A stretch of 64,000 nt of DNA, taken from positions 3,384 through 67,383 of the forward strand of contig DAOOCD010000001.1 of assembly GCA_035408225.1 (NCBI GenBank), in the 5' to 3' direction. Of the stretch, positions 28,855 through 39,384 are shown in pieces. How positions within the stretch are numbered: the stretch's first letter is position 1; each line of letters begins with the position of its first letter. Position numbers and translations under genes: made by a program. The stretch comes from Cyclobacteriaceae bacterium. Its GTDB lineage: Bacteria; Bacteroidota; Bacteroidia; Cytophagales; Cyclobacteriaceae. Under the pieces are notes generated by a model. It was not told the origin of the DNA. It did no database searches and was given only the letters and a program-made list of their open reading frames with translations.

Positions 28855-29325
28855 TCAATGATGATGACCACCCGGACCATGAACGTGGCCGTGCGCTAAT
28901 TCTTCTTCGGTAGCATTCCGGATTTCAAGAATCTCAACGGCAAAGTTCAATTCAACACCAGCTAAAGGGTGGTTGGCATCTACCGTAATTGAATCGAGGC
29001 CTACTTTTGTTACGGTTACTACCTGGCCCTGGTTGGTTTGAAATTGCATGCCTACCTGTACAGGTTGATCGCCAAAGGCAGAGCGAGGGACCTGTTGCAT
29101 CAAATCATCGCTTTTAATACCATATCCTTTCTCAGGACTTACTTTGAGATTAAACTTATCACCTTTGGTTTTTCCTTCCAGGCCTTCTTCCATGCCAGGA
29201 ATAAGATTGCCGATGCCATGAATATAGTTCAATGGATCGCGACCAGAACTTGAATCAAGAATGTTGCCCTCATTGTCGGTAAGTGTGTAGTGAATGGCGG
29301 CTACTTTGTGTTTAGTGATTTGCAT
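28855..29325 (-). CDS. slyD: FKBP-type peptidyl-prolyl isomerase (SlyD-like)
   Basis: HYTLTD..G.ILDSS, LIPGMEEGL, VDANHPLAG and a His-rich tail. Start MQITK at 29325. Confidence 0.93.
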   Translation of the reverse strand: MQITKHKVAAIHYTLTDNEGNILDSSSGRDPLNYIHGIGNLIPGMEEGLEGKTKGDKFNLKVSPEKGYGIKSDDLMQQVPRSAFGDQPVQVGMQFQTNQGQVVTVTKVGLDSITVDANHPLAGVELNFAVEILEIRNATEEELAHGHVHGPGGHHH

Positions 29326-29427
29326 GCGTGTTTGGTTTATTGAAATACCTAAAAGCATCCAGGCATTTCAGGTTTTAAAATTAGTTTCAAATATTCTACG
29401 TGGTGGATAGATTTCAATGCTTAATTA

Positions 29428-29459
29428 AATGGGTCTTTCAATGCATTGAAAGACCCATT
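29428..29459 (-). terminator. Perfect 32-bp palindrome just 3' of tRNA-Leu; probable terminator
   Basis: AATGGGTCTTTCAATG-CATTGAAAGACCCATT. Confidence 0.65.
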
Positions 29460-29460
29460 G

Positions 29461-29542
29461 TACCTAAGGCCGGAATCGAACCGGCACGCCCGAAGGCACA
29501 CGATTTTGAGTCGTGCGCGTCTACCAGTTCCGCCACTCAGGC
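29461..29542 (-). tRNA. tRNA-Leu (CAA)
   Basis: GCCTGAGTGGCGGAACTGGTAGACGCGCACGACTCAAAATCGTGTGCCTTCGGGCGTGCCGGTTCGATTCCGGCCTTAGGTA: anticodon arm CACGA-CTCAAAA-TCGTG, long variable arm, GGTTCGATTCC T-loop; CCA not encoded. Confidence 0.97.
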
Positions 29543-29608
29543 TCGTTTACCTGATCCGTTATAACGAACGGGTTGCAAAGATGTATAAAACTTAGTTTTT
29601 GCCAAAAT

Positions 29609-29902
29609 TCAAAGCTCAATAAATTTCTCCAAGGAAAAAGCCTGTGTTCGCTCTGAAAACAAGGTTTTAACCCGACCCCAGACTTTAGCGAATAATTCAG
29701 ACTTGCGATAGTTCTCCAGACTTTGAGAGCCATCCCAATGACTCAACGTAGTATAACAGCAAGTATCTTCAGAATCAATTAATAATTGAAGATGTAAACA
29801 TCCAGGAAAATTTCGGATAGCCTCCTTATTCCGATTGAAGATCTCTAAAAACTCTTCCACTCCGGCTTGTGTAAAATGCATACGTACGATTCGGATAATC
29901 AT
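29609..29902 (-). CDS. Antibiotic biosynthesis monooxygenase (ABM) / putative quinol monooxygenase
   Basis: IRIVRMHF, IRNFPGC..LQLL, W.....LENYRKSELF. Confidence 0.85.
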   Translation of the reverse strand: MIIRIVRMHFTQAGVEEFLEIFNRNKEAIRNFPGCLHLQLLIDSEDTCCYTTLSHWDGSQSLENYRKSELFAKVWGRVKTLFSERTQAFSLEKFIEL

Positions 29903-29990
29903 AAGAGCAACATTAGCATAAACACTTAAGAGATAAGATCATAACATTAAAAGACAATAGTCTTGTGTCTGGATTGCTACTTCCATCTGT

Positions 29991-30764
29991 TTATTCATCA
30001 AATGTCACATTCACAGGACTGTCGTATTGTAATCCTAACAACTCGCTTGCATTTCCTTTATAAATTCCAATTTCCAATAAATCCTGGCTATTGAAAATCA
30101 GGAAACAATCTCCCTGTTCAGTTTGATAATAATTTGTATGAATGCGCTTAAATTTTTCGCCTCCAAACTGAATGGTAAATGTTCTCCCTTTAGTGAGTAT
30201 CTCAAAATCTACCTTTGCAATATTGGTGATCAGGTTTCCATAATTATCAACACGCACCACATGACCGGCAATAATCCGCTTTGTGGCCTTCACCTGCCTG
30301 TTCATACTTTTCCGAAATGAGGTAAGTGGCTTGCCTAACGTTGTGATGGTAACTCCGCTGGCGAGTTTGGCTGCTGCAGGTGCAAGAATATCTTTTTCCG
30401 GAAAAGTAGTCTGGATCGGATTTACAGAGTTTAGTTGTACTACCTGCTGGTGGTTTTTATCGCTGATAAGTCCGAACAAACCGTTATCCACACCTACAAA
30501 GAAATGATCCTCCAGTTGCAGGGCCAGGAATATTTCTTCCTTGTTACCAGATGAGTCCACACCTACCAGATGCACGGTTCCATTCGGGAAATCACGGAAA
30601 GCAGATTTTAGAACATAGGCTCCATGGGCAATATCACACGATGCAATTTTATGAGTGATATCAATCATAGTTAATCCCGGATTGATGCTGAGAATCCTGG
30701 CCTTCACCGTGGCCACATAGTGATCGCTTTCTCCACTGTCGGTAAGAAGGGTAATGATGGCCAT
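29991..30764 (-). CDS. SAM hydrolase / chlorinase-fluorinase (DUF62) family protein
   Basis: ITLLTD.G..DHYV, IDITH, FP.GTVHL, DNG, VDNYGNLITNI, LEIGI..GNA. Confidence 0.9.
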   Translation of the reverse strand: MAIITLLTDSGESDHYVATVKARILSINPGLTMIDITHKIASCDIAHGAYVLKSAFRDFPNGTVHLVGVDSSGNKEEIFLALQLEDHFFVGVDNGLFGLISDKNHQQVVQLNSVNPIQTTFPEKDILAPAAAKLASGVTITTLGKPLTSFRKSMNRQVKATKRIIAGHVVRVDNYGNLITNIAKVDFEILTKGRTFTIQFGGEKFKRIHTNYYQTEQGDCFLIFNSQDLLEIGIYKGNASELLGLQYDSPVNVTFDE

Positions 30765-30859
30765 TCGCGAACGTTATACCACGCCCCGATGTTTTTGCTT
30801 GGGCGGGATTTGTTTACTTTTATGCATCAAAATTAATTGATTTCAACCACATTACTTCA

Positions 30860-31816
30860 TTGATAGAAAAAACCATCACACTCGAAAACATTCCACTTAC
30901 CGACTTTCTGGGGGTGGAAAATAAGAACATCACTGAACTGGCCGCTGCGTTTCCGAAGAGCAAAATCATTTCACGAGGAAATGAAATTCTGGTTAAAGGT
31001 GAGGCTCCGGATATTCTGCAGATAACCGATATCCTTAATTCGCTCATGGATCACTTCCATCAATTTGGTCGTGTAACCGAAGAAAACGTACGTGGATATA
31101 TCACGCAGGAGCGCCAGGAGTTTGTTGCTGAGGATTCTCCTGACGGAATCATTCTCTATGGAACAAAAGGGGCTGCTATTAAGGCCAAAACGGTAAACCA
31201 GCAAAAATTGGTGAAAGCGGTGAAGGATTATGACCTCGTTTTTGCTTTGGGTCCAGCCGGTACTGGTAAAACCTTTGTGTCAGTAGCTATGGCGGTTAAG
31301 GCGTTGAAGAATAAACAAGTTAAGAAACTGATTATTACACGCCCCGCTGTGGAGGCTGGAGAGAATCTCGGATTTTTACCTGGCGATCTGAAAGAAAAAA
31401 TTGATCCTTACCTAAGACCGATCTACGATGCCCTCAACGACATGGTGCCGTTTGAAAAACTGAAATACTACATGGAGCGCGAGATCATTGAAATTGCACC
31501 GCTTGCCTACATGCGAGGTCGTACCCTCAATAATGCCTTTATTTTGCTGGACGAAGCGCAGAACACTACCCCCATGCAAATGAAAATGTTTCTCACCCGC
31601 ATGGGCCCGGATTCAAAAATGATTGTAACGGGGGATACTTCTCAAATTGACTTGCCACACAACCAGCGTTCGGGGCTTAAAGAGGCCGTTCGAATTTTAA
31701 ATGAAGTTAAGGGAATTGGTTTTGTTGAACTGAATGAGCGGGATGTTGTTCGCCATCGGTTGGTACGCGATATCATTGAAGCCTATGGAAAAGTAAGCTC
31801 TTCCGGTCACGCCTAA
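30860..31816 (+). CDS. phoH: PhoH family ATPase
   Basis: GPAGTGKT, RPAVEAGE.LGFLPGDL, LAYMRGRTL, DEAQN. Confidence 0.95.
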   Translation: MIEKTITLENIPLTDFLGVENKNITELAAAFPKSKIISRGNEILVKGEAPDILQITDILNSLMDHFHQFGRVTEENVRGYITQERQEFVAEDSPDGIILYGTKGAAIKAKTVNQQKLVKAVKDYDLVFALGPAGTGKTFVSVAMAVKALKNKQVKKLIITRPAVEAGENLGFLPGDLKEKIDPYLRPIYDALNDMVPFEKLKYYMEREIIEIAPLAYMRGRTLNNAFILLDEAQNTTPMQMKMFLTRMGPDSKMIVTGDTSQIDLPHNQRSGLKEAVRILNEVKGIGFVELNERDVVRHRLVRDIIEAYGKVSSSGHA

Positions 31817-31878
31817 ATAAAACAGCGGGGGTTGAAGGCGAAAGTCCAATACCATTCTAATGATGCATAGGAGGTAAC

Positions 31879-34491
31879 TTGAAAAAAAATCATCAACTTA
31901 AAAGGTTTTCAATCCACTTTACTTTGATCAACTGGTTTCAGATCTCAGCACAAGAAGCGCTGGAAAAGGCAGGCACTTCCCTTCAAGGACTAGACGATGC
32001 CGAGGTAAAGCAGCGCACACTCAAGCACGGAAAAAATGAACTTAAAACACAAGGACGGAGATCTCCCTGGCTGATTCTCTTTGGTCAGTTCAAGGAGATC
32101 ATGATTTTGATTTTACTGGCAGCTGCAATAGTTTCATTTTTTCTTGGGGATGCGAAAGATGCAATTATCATTTTGGTCATTGTTATACTCAATACAGTGG
32201 TTGGGTTTGTGCAAGAGTTCAATGCTGAGAAGGCAATGGACGAACTAAAGAAGCTAGCCGCAACATTAGCTCACGTAGTTCGGGGCGGAGAAGCAAAAAA
32301 TATTCCTTCGGCAGAACTCGTACCCGGTGATATCATTCGCCTGGAGGCCGGAGATAGCGTTCCGGCAGATGTTCGTTTGGTGGAGACACATGCACTAAAA
32401 ATTGAAGAGGCTTCATTAACGGGGGAGTCTTACCCGGTAGAAAAAAATACGGATATAATTGACAATGAGAATGCATCAGTAGGAGATCGGCTGAACATGG
32501 CATTTAAATCAACGCTGGTCAGTCATGGCCGCGCAGTAGCCGTGGTGGTTGCCACAGGTATGGAAACTGAGATTGGCAAAATTGCTTCGATGCTGCAGGA
32601 AGTGGAGACTAAAACTCCACTTCAGATCAGGATGACTGACTTCAGCAAGAAGCTTTCGTTTCTCATCGTTTTGATTTGTGTGGTTATTTATGGTGTGGGA
32701 TTGTTGCGTGGCGAAGAACACATGCAAATGTTAATGACAGCAATTTCGGTGGCGGTGGCAGCCATTCCGGAAGCATTACCTGCGGTGATTACAGTGGCTC
32801 TTGCTCTTGGCGCACGCAAGATGGTTAAAAAGAATGCGTTGATACGAAAGTTACCCGCGGTTGAAACATTGGGTTCAGTAAATTATATCTGTACTGATAA
32901 AACCGGAACACTCACGGAAAATAAAATGTCCGTGCGTGAAACCTGGTGCGAAAATGATGACGCGCTCCTGATTGGAATGAAAACAAAAGAGGCTTTGCTG
33001 TTGGGTATGAGTCTCAATCAGGACACTCAACGGAGCGGAGCTGAACTCGTTGGCGATTCTACCGAAATAGCAGCGGTGCTTTTTGCCATAGAGAATAATG
33101 AGCAACTCAGTCAGGCAGCAACATCCTTTCCCCGCATAGAAGAAGTTCCCTTTGATAGTGAACGTAGGATGATGACAACCGTTCATCAATTCAATGATCA
33201 ATATCTTGTGATCACCAAAGGAGCCGTTGAAGCGGTACTCATGATCTGCAAGCAAACAGATAAAGATGGAATTATTCGCAAGGCTGACTCGATTGCTGAA
33301 AATGGAATGCGAACATTGGCGTATGGATGTAAAGTTATCGGTCAAAATGAATTAGAACCTTCTCGCCTTCAGTTTTTGGAGCAAGATCTACAATTCATTG
33401 GAGTGATTGGAATGATCGACCCACCGCGACCTGAAATAATTGCAGCAGTAGAAGAATGCCAGGAAGCAGGCATTACACCCGTGATGATTACAGGCGACCA
33501 TCCCAAAACAGCCGTGACCATTGCCCGGGAAGTTGGGATTATGCAAGATCACGATGAGGTATTAGTAGGATCGGAGATGGTGGAGCTGAGTTTTGAACAA
33601 TTAAAGGACAAAGTAGAACGGGTTCGGGTTTATGCCCGCGTTAGTGCTGGGCAAAAATTGAGTATCGTAAAAGCATTACAGGCGCAAGGCCATTATGTTG
33701 CTATGACAGGCGATGGAGTGAATGATGCGCCTTCGCTGAAGATGGCTAACATTGGCGTAGCCATGGGCATCACGGGCACCGATGTTTCCAAACAAGCTGC
33801 CCACATGGTGTTGATGGATGATAACTTTTCAACCATTGTGAAAGCGGTACGGGAAGGCCGCAGAATTTTTGATAATATCCGCAAGTTCATACGCTACATT
33901 ATGACCGGCAATGCAGGTGAGATCTGGACTATTTTCCTTGCACCCCTGATAGGCTTACCTATGCCCTTGTTGCCCATTCATATTTTGTGGATCAACCTTG
34001 TAACGGATGGATTGCCAAGTCTGGCACTGGCCAATGAACCGGCTGAAGCAAACATTATGAAGCGTCCTCCACGCAGTTCGGTTACCAATGTTTTTTCGGA
34101 TGGGGTTGGTATCCATATTCTGTGGGTAGGTTTATTAATTGGGGCTTTGTGTTTGAGTATTCAATGGGTGTCGATTAAGCAAGGGTTAGAACATTGGCAA
34201 ACGATGGTGTTTACAACTTTGTCGTTATGTCAGTTGGCTCATGTTATTGCCATTCGTAGTTCTGATGCATTTATCTATAAGCATGGTCTTTTCAGAAACC
34301 GGATTTTGTTGATCACGGTATTGGGAACGGTAGCCCTGCAGATGGCGTTGGTTTATATTCCTGTCATGCAAGGAATCTTTAATACTTCAGCACTTACATT
34401 CAAAGAATTGTTAGTCTGTTTTGGATCTGCGGCCATTGTTTTTCATATGGTGGAATTCGAAAAGTGGATTCGTCATCGTAAAAAGACTTAA
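31879..34491 (+). CDS. Cation-translocating P-type ATPase (P2A, Ca2+-like); true start may be TTG at 31924
   Basis: LTGES, IPEALP, DKTGT, GDGVNDAP, INLVTDGLP. Confidence 0.95.
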   Translation: MKKNHQLKRFSIHFTLINWFQISAQEALEKAGTSLQGLDDAEVKQRTLKHGKNELKTQGRRSPWLILFGQFKEIMILILLAAAIVSFFLGDAKDAIIILVIVILNTVVGFVQEFNAEKAMDELKKLAATLAHVVRGGEAKNIPSAELVPGDIIRLEAGDSVPADVRLVETHALKIEEASLTGESYPVEKNTDIIDNENASVGDRLNMAFKSTLVSHGRAVAVVVATGMETEIGKIASMLQEVETKTPLQIRMTDFSKKLSFLIVLICVVIYGVGLLRGEEHMQMLMTAISVAVAAIPEALPAVITVALALGARKMVKKNALIRKLPAVETLGSVNYICTDKTGTLTENKMSVRETWCENDDALLIGMKTKEALLLGMSLNQDTQRSGAELVGDSTEIAAVLFAIENNEQLSQAATSFPRIEEVPFDSERRMMTTVHQFNDQYLVITKGAVEAVLMICKQTDKDGIIRKADSIAENGMRTLAYGCKVIGQNELEPSRLQFLEQDLQFIGVIGMIDPPRPEIIAAVEECQEAGITPVMITGDHPKTAVTIAREVGIMQDHDEVLVGSEMVELSFEQLKDKVERVRVYARVSAGQKLSIVKALQAQGHYVAMTGDGVNDAPSLKMANIGVAMGITGTDVSKQAAHMVLMDDNFSTIVKAVREGRRIFDNIRKFIRYIMTGNAGEIWTIFLAPLIGLPMPLLPIHILWINLVTDGLPSLALANEPAEANIMKRPPRSSVTNVFSDGVGIHILWVGLLIGALCLSIQWVSIKQGLEHWQTMVFTTLSLCQLAHVIAIRSSDAFIYKHGLFRNRILLITVLGTVALQMALVYIPVMQGIFNTSALTFKELLVCFGSAAIVFHMVEFEKWIRHRKKT

Positions 34492-34531
34492 TGACTTTTT
34501 GTTTTGCTTTCAGCAGTTGGTAAATTCACCA

Positions 34532-36604
34532 ATGCTAAGTTGGGTTCCTTTTGCTATGGTACGAATAACACTATTCCTTACAGGAGGAATTCTGTTAGCC
34601 ATCTATTGGCCCAATCTGATTTCTGAGCAAGTCACTTTCTGCATTTTAATTACCCTGATCTGTGTTTATCTGATTTCAGTATTTACACTTCGTTCGTGGC
34701 GGTGGGTAAAGACCTTCAATGGATTCATTGGGTTGTTGGCTATTTTCTTTTTTGGATATCTGCATCTGTTAATGCGCACCGATAGCCGGCATGGCGATCA
34801 TCTTCTGAATGAAAAGGATGCAGTGGTTGCTTATGAGGCAATTTTACGAAGTGCACCTGAGTCCAGGGCAAAGTCGTGGAAATTACAAGTACAATTGGTA
34901 CGCGTTAAGACAGATCGATGGAAAGAAAAGAGAGGAACTGTGATGTTGTATGTTTCCAAAAAATCAATGGCTCAGATTCCATGGTCGTATGGCGACAGGC
35001 TTCTGATAAAAGGAACACCGAATGAGTTAAGACCTCCGGCCAATCCCAACGAGTTTGACTTCAAACGGTTTCTGAGTTTTAGAAATATCTATCATCAGCA
35101 GTTTGTTTTGGCTGATCAGATTCGGTTCATCCGTCATGCTGAAAGAAAGGGTTTTATTTACTATTCACATCAGGTGCGCGCCTGGGCTAGTGAGGTGATT
35201 AGAAAGAACATTCCTGGTGAACAAGAACAGGCAATTGCAATGGCATTGGTGTTGGGTGTTACCGAAGGCATTGATACCGATTTGCAAAATGCGTACGCAG
35301 CCAGTGGGGCCATGCATGTGTTAGCTGTATCTGGCCTGCATGTGGGTATTATTTATGGAATCATATTAGTTTTACTCCGTCCACTGAATTCTTATGCATG
35401 GAGTCGTTGGATAGTTGCAGGTATCAGCATACTGCTACTTTGGTCTTTTGCTTTTGTTACTGGTTTATCGCCTTCTGTTTTGCGGGCGGTCACTATGTTT
35501 TCGTTTATTGCCTTAGCCCGACCGTTAGGCTGGCGAACCAATATTTACAATACGCTGGCAGCTTCTGCTTTTGTACTAATGATTTATAATCCATTCCTGA
35601 TCATGTCAGTAGGATTTCAGTTGTCGTACCTGGCAGTGTTAGGTATTGTTTATTTGCAAAGGCCAATCTACAACCTATGGGAAATTGAGAATCGGGCAGG
35701 GGACTGGATATGGCAGATTACGTGCGTATCCATTGCTGCACAGATTGCTACATTTGCCTTGGGTATGTTATACTTTCACCAGTTTCCGGTTTACTTTTTA
35801 GTTTCGAATTTATTTGTAATTCCGTTATCAACTTTGGTGCTTATTGGCGGAACTATTCTTTTAGTAATCAGTGCCTGGTCCTGGTTAGCTTTGTTGGTGG
35901 GTAAATTAGTAGTAGTCTTAATTCAACTTCTCAATTGGTTGGTCTTTAAAACAGAGGAACTACCCTTTAGCCTCATTAGTAACATCCACCTTACTACCTT
36001 TCAGTGTTGGGTGATTATGATGATACTGCTATCCATAATTTTCATGATTCAGTACCGGTCAGTAAAAGGATTATACCTTGCAGGTATCCTTACCCTGATT
36101 TTTGTTTTTACTCAATATCTTCATTTTAGGAATTGGGTTGACCGTAAGCAGTTTGTAGTGTATAGTATATCCGGTCATTCGGCTATGGAATGGATTGAGA
36201 GCGGAGTTAGTTATTTCAAAGCAGATTCTGCATTACAGAGTGATGAGGAGCGCATGCGATTTCACATCCGGCCTAACCGGCTGCAGCGTGGTGTGATCGC
36301 AGTTAATAAAGAAATCCCATTCAAACAAAAATTACCACAGAACTTAGAGACGTTTTATTGGCAGGGTAATAGGATAATTTTTGTTCAAAATAGAGAAGCC
36401 CAATTGCCTGCATCGGGCGAAATCGATTACCTTGTTGTCGGCCGAAATTCAATATCTCCGCAAGCTATTAAGAATCTATCGATCAGGCAGATAATTTTGG
36501 ATGGCAGTAACTCCCGGGGTTATATAAATAGATGGAGAAAGGTAATTGATAAAGAACGATTGTATGCCGTATTGGATGAAGGAGCTTTTGTTTTAACCCG
36601 ATAA
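34532..36604 (+). CDS. comEC: ComEC/Rec2 family competence protein
   Basis: NPNEFDF, HVLAVSGLHVG, SPSVLRA, GFQLSY. Start at 34532 avoids the overlap with the ATPase gene. Confidence 0.92.
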   Translation: MLSWVPFAMVRITLFLTGGILLAIYWPNLISEQVTFCILITLICVYLISVFTLRSWRWVKTFNGFIGLLAIFFFGYLHLLMRTDSRHGDHLLNEKDAVVAYEAILRSAPESRAKSWKLQVQLVRVKTDRWKEKRGTVMLYVSKKSMAQIPWSYGDRLLIKGTPNELRPPANPNEFDFKRFLSFRNIYHQQFVLADQIRFIRHAERKGFIYYSHQVRAWASEVIRKNIPGEQEQAIAMALVLGVTEGIDTDLQNAYAASGAMHVLAVSGLHVGIIYGIILVLLRPLNSYAWSRWIVAGISILLLWSFAFVTGLSPSVLRAVTMFSFIALARPLGWRTNIYNTLAASAFVLMIYNPFLIMSVGFQLSYLAVLGIVYLQRPIYNLWEIENRAGDWIWQITCVSIAAQIATFALGMLYFHQFPVYFLVSNLFVIPLSTLVLIGGTILLVISAWSWLALLVGKLVVVLIQLLNWLVFKTEELPFSLISNIHLTTFQCWVIMMILLSIIFMIQYRSVKGLYLAGILTLIFVFTQYLHFRNWVDRKQFVVYSISGHSAMEWIESGVSYFKADSALQSDEERMRFHIRPNRLQRGVIAVNKEIPFKQKLPQNLETFYWQGNRIIFVQNREAQLPASGEIDYLVVGRNSISPQAIKNLSIRQIILDGSNSRGYINRWRKVIDKERLYAVLDEGAFVLTR

Positions 36605-36605
36605 T

Positions 36606-37379
36606 ATGAGTTTGGTAAATTATTCAGTAAAGGAACGAGTAGGGTATATAACGCTAAACCGTCCTGACAAGCGAAATGCATTAAGTCATGAATTAGTGCA
36701 TGACTTGAAGGAGGCTTTTTCCAGAGCTGAAACTGATGCCAGCATCAAGGTTGTGGTACTTAATGCCAATGGCGAATCTTTTTGTGCTGGTGCCGACCTT
36801 GCATATATTCAACAGCTTCAGAATTTTACATTTGAAGAGAACCTTGCAGACTCAAAACATCTCAAGGAATTATTCCTGCAGATTTATACGCTTAAGAAAG
36901 TTGTGATTGCACAAGTACAAGGTCATGCATTAGCAGGTGGTTGTGGACTTGCCACAGTTTGTGATTTTACCTTTTCAGTTCCTGAAGCTAAATTTGGATA
37001 TACAGAAGTGAAGATTGGATTTATTCCGGCCCTGGTGGCTGTTTTTTTGGTACGAAAAATCGGGGAGCAAAAGGCACGACAGCTATTACTTACCGGAGAG
37101 ATAATAAAGGCTCAAGATGCTCTGAGCAGAGGCCTCATCTCTAAAGTAGTTGATGCAAAAGACCTTGAAGCGTCTGTTTTTGATTTTGCCCAGGAGCTCG
37201 TTCGAAACAACTCAGCTCAATCCATGCAATTAACCAAGCAGTTAATTGCCGATGTACAATCCTTGTCACTACACGATGCACTGGATCTTGCAACGTCTGT
37301 GAATGCACAGGCGCGTGCAACTGAGGATTGTAAAAGGGGTATTGCTGCCTTTCTGAATAAGCAGGAGCTTCGCTGGTAA
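36606..37379 (+). CDS. Enoyl-CoA hydratase/isomerase (methylglutaconyl-CoA hydratase-like)
   Basis: LNRPDKRNAL, FCAGADL, GHALAGGCGL, TEVKIGFIPA. Confidence 0.92.
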   Translation: MSLVNYSVKERVGYITLNRPDKRNALSHELVHDLKEAFSRAETDASIKVVVLNANGESFCAGADLAYIQQLQNFTFEENLADSKHLKELFLQIYTLKKVVIAQVQGHALAGGCGLATVCDFTFSVPEAKFGYTEVKIGFIPALVAVFLVRKIGEQKARQLLLTGEIIKAQDALSRGLISKVVDAKDLEASVFDFAQELVRNNSAQSMQLTKQLIADVQSLSLHDALDLATSVNAQARATEDCKRGIAAFLNKQELRW

Positions 37380-37469
37380 ATGTTAGGCTTCTGACCACTC
37401 TTTGATGTACTGATCAGAGGTCTGACGGCTTGACGGATCAGTTTTTAGACCCACGCTTAATTCCTATTT

Positions 37470-39383
37470 TTGGTAGTGACTTCCCTTGAAATACTCCAGC
37501 ACTATTGGGGTTATACCCAATTTCGTCCACCACAGGATGAAATTATTCAGGCCGTTTTGGATAAGCGTGATGTGCTGGCCATTCTACCAACCGGAGGCGG
37601 AAAGTCCATTTGCTTTCAGGTTCCGGTATTGATGCAGGAGGGTATCTGTCTTGTAATAACTCCCCTTATCGCCCTCATGCAAGATCAGGTTAAGCAACTT
37701 AAACAACGGGGTATTGCTGCCGTATCGGTTCATGCGGGTATGCACCACCGTGAAATTGATATTACGCTGGACAATTGTGTCTTTGGTAAAATAAAATTTC
37801 TGTACCTATCACCTGAACGTTTGCAGACTGATTTATTCAAAGAAAGAGTGAAGCGAATGAATGTCTGCCTGGTGGCGATTGATGAAGCGCATTGTATTTC
37901 ACAATGGGGCTACGATTTCAGGCCTCCATATTTGCAAATAGCTGAACTCAGGGAAGTAAAACCGGACGTTCCGTTTATTGCTCTAACCGCCACCGCCACT
38001 TCGGTTGTTAAGGAAGATATTATCTCCAAACTCAATCTTTCTAATCCTGCTCTTTTTCAAAAGAGTTTTGCGCGCGAGAATCTTTCATTTGTGGTTCGCA
38101 AGACAGAAACGAAAGAAAAAAAATTATTGGAAGTACTTCGTAAGGTGCCCGGTTCAGCGATTATCTATGTTCGTTCAAGGAAGTCAACGGCATCATTGGC
38201 TGCTTTCCTGAATAAAAATAAAATCTCTTCCACCTTTTATCATGCAGGTTTAACCCATCAGGACCGTATTTCCCGGCAGGAGGAATGGATCTCAAACCAA
38301 AGCCGGGTAATGGTAGCTACCAATGCGTTTGGAATGGGTATTGACAAACCGGATGTAAGGGTAGTGGTTCATATGGACTTACCCGAAAACTTAGAGTCCT
38401 ATTATCAGGAAGCAGGTCGTGCTGGTCGCGATGGAAAACGGTCTTACGCGGCTATCATTTTTCATGAAGTGGATGTGCTGTCGCTTCAAAACAAAGTTCT
38501 TCAGTCGCAACCTGAAATAGACTACCTAAAAAAGATCTACCAGGCAGTAGCAAATCACTTTCAGGTAGCTGAAGGCAGTAGTCAGGGTGAGAGTTATGAT
38601 TTTGATTTGGACGGATTCTGTAATAAATTTTCATTTAAGTCTACGGATGTTTATCCGGCATTAAAAAAACTGGAAGAATTTGGTCTGCTTGACTTCAACG
38701 AAAGTTTTTACCGGCCCTCGCTACTTCATTTCACCTTTGATAAAAAGAAGCTGTATGAATTTCAGATAGCGCATGAGCGTTTTGATTTACTTATTAAAGC
38801 TTTATTGAGGTTATATGGTGGTGAATTATATTCCGATTTCACACCAGTATCTGAGAATCAAATCGCCTTGATGATGAAGCAATCCGTTTCTACAATCAAA
38901 TTGGAACTGGGACAATTAAATAATCTTCAGGTATTGGTGTATGAACCGGTCAATGAAAGTCCGAAGATTACGTTTGTTCTGCCGCGCCAGGATGCAGACC
39001 GATTGCCGATCGACCGCAAAGAGTTTGATCGCAGGAGAACCCTTCATTTAAGCAAGATGGAAGCAATGAAAAGCTACGTTGAGCAAAATCATCGTTGCCG
39101 AATGCAGGTGATCCAGGAATACTTTGATGAGATAACCTATGCAACCTGCGAGATTTGTGATGTGTGCATCAGCAAGCGCAAAACGGAGAATCTGGCTATG
39201 CTCAAGGACTATGAGCAACAGATACTTTATTTGTTAAAGCAAAAACCGATGACGGTAGAGGAACTTGAAACGGCTGTTGATCCGCAGGAAAAGGAATTAT
39301 TTATTGAAGTAGTGCGCGAGATGGTGGACACAGCCCAGATTGCTTATGATGAGTTTTGGGTGCTTCGAAAAATCAACAAATAA
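37470..39383 (+). CDS. recQ: RecQ family DNA helicase (no HRDC domain seen)
   Basis: PTGGGKS, DEAHCISQWG.DFRP, QEAGRAGRDG, Zn-binding CR...C..CD.C. Confidence 0.95.
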   Translation: MVVTSLEILQHYWGYTQFRPPQDEIIQAVLDKRDVLAILPTGGGKSICFQVPVLMQEGICLVITPLIALMQDQVKQLKQRGIAAVSVHAGMHHREIDITLDNCVFGKIKFLYLSPERLQTDLFKERVKRMNVCLVAIDEAHCISQWGYDFRPPYLQIAELREVKPDVPFIALTATATSVVKEDIISKLNLSNPALFQKSFARENLSFVVRKTETKEKKLLEVLRKVPGSAIIYVRSRKSTASLAAFLNKNKISSTFYHAGLTHQDRISRQEEWISNQSRVMVATNAFGMGIDKPDVRVVVHMDLPENLESYYQEAGRAGRDGKRSYAAIIFHEVDVLSLQNKVLQSQPEIDYLKKIYQAVANHFQVAEGSSQGESYDFDLDGFCNKFSFKSTDVYPALKKLEEFGLLDFNESFYRPSLLHFTFDKKKLYEFQIAHERFDLLIKALLRLYGGELYSDFTPVSENQIALMMKQSVSTIKLELGQLNNLQVLVYEPVNESPKITFVLPRQDADRLPIDRKEFDRRRTLHLSKMEAMKSYVEQNHRCRMQVIQEYFDEITYATCEICDVCISKRKTENLAMLKDYEQQILYLLKQKPMTVEELETAVDPQEKELFIEVVREMVDTAQIAYDEFWVLRKINK

Positions 39384-39384
39384 C

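Noticed and set aside
29461-29542. tRNA-Leu as the attachment site of an integrated island
   Set aside because: No duplicated tRNA 3' end or integrase seen; the flanking genes are housekeeping-like.
29925-29985. Possible heptamer-arm remnant (AAGAGATAAGA...TCTTGTGTCT) between the DUF62 and ABM genes
   Set aside because: Too degenerate to distinguish from chance in AT-rich DNA.
29991-30764. DUF62 protein as a true fluorinase or chlorinase
   Set aside because: Housekeeping context (phoH, tRNA) with no biosynthetic cluster; most family members are SAM hydrolases.
34421-34531. N-terminal extension of ComEC overlapping the ATPase gene
   Set aside because: Artefact of longest-ORF calling; ATG 34532 gives a sensible start.
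37409-37446. ACTGATC...GATCAGT-TTTT hairpin with a TGACGG repeat before recQ
   Set aside because: Only a 7-bp stem with a 20-nt loop; might be a weak terminator but is not supportable.
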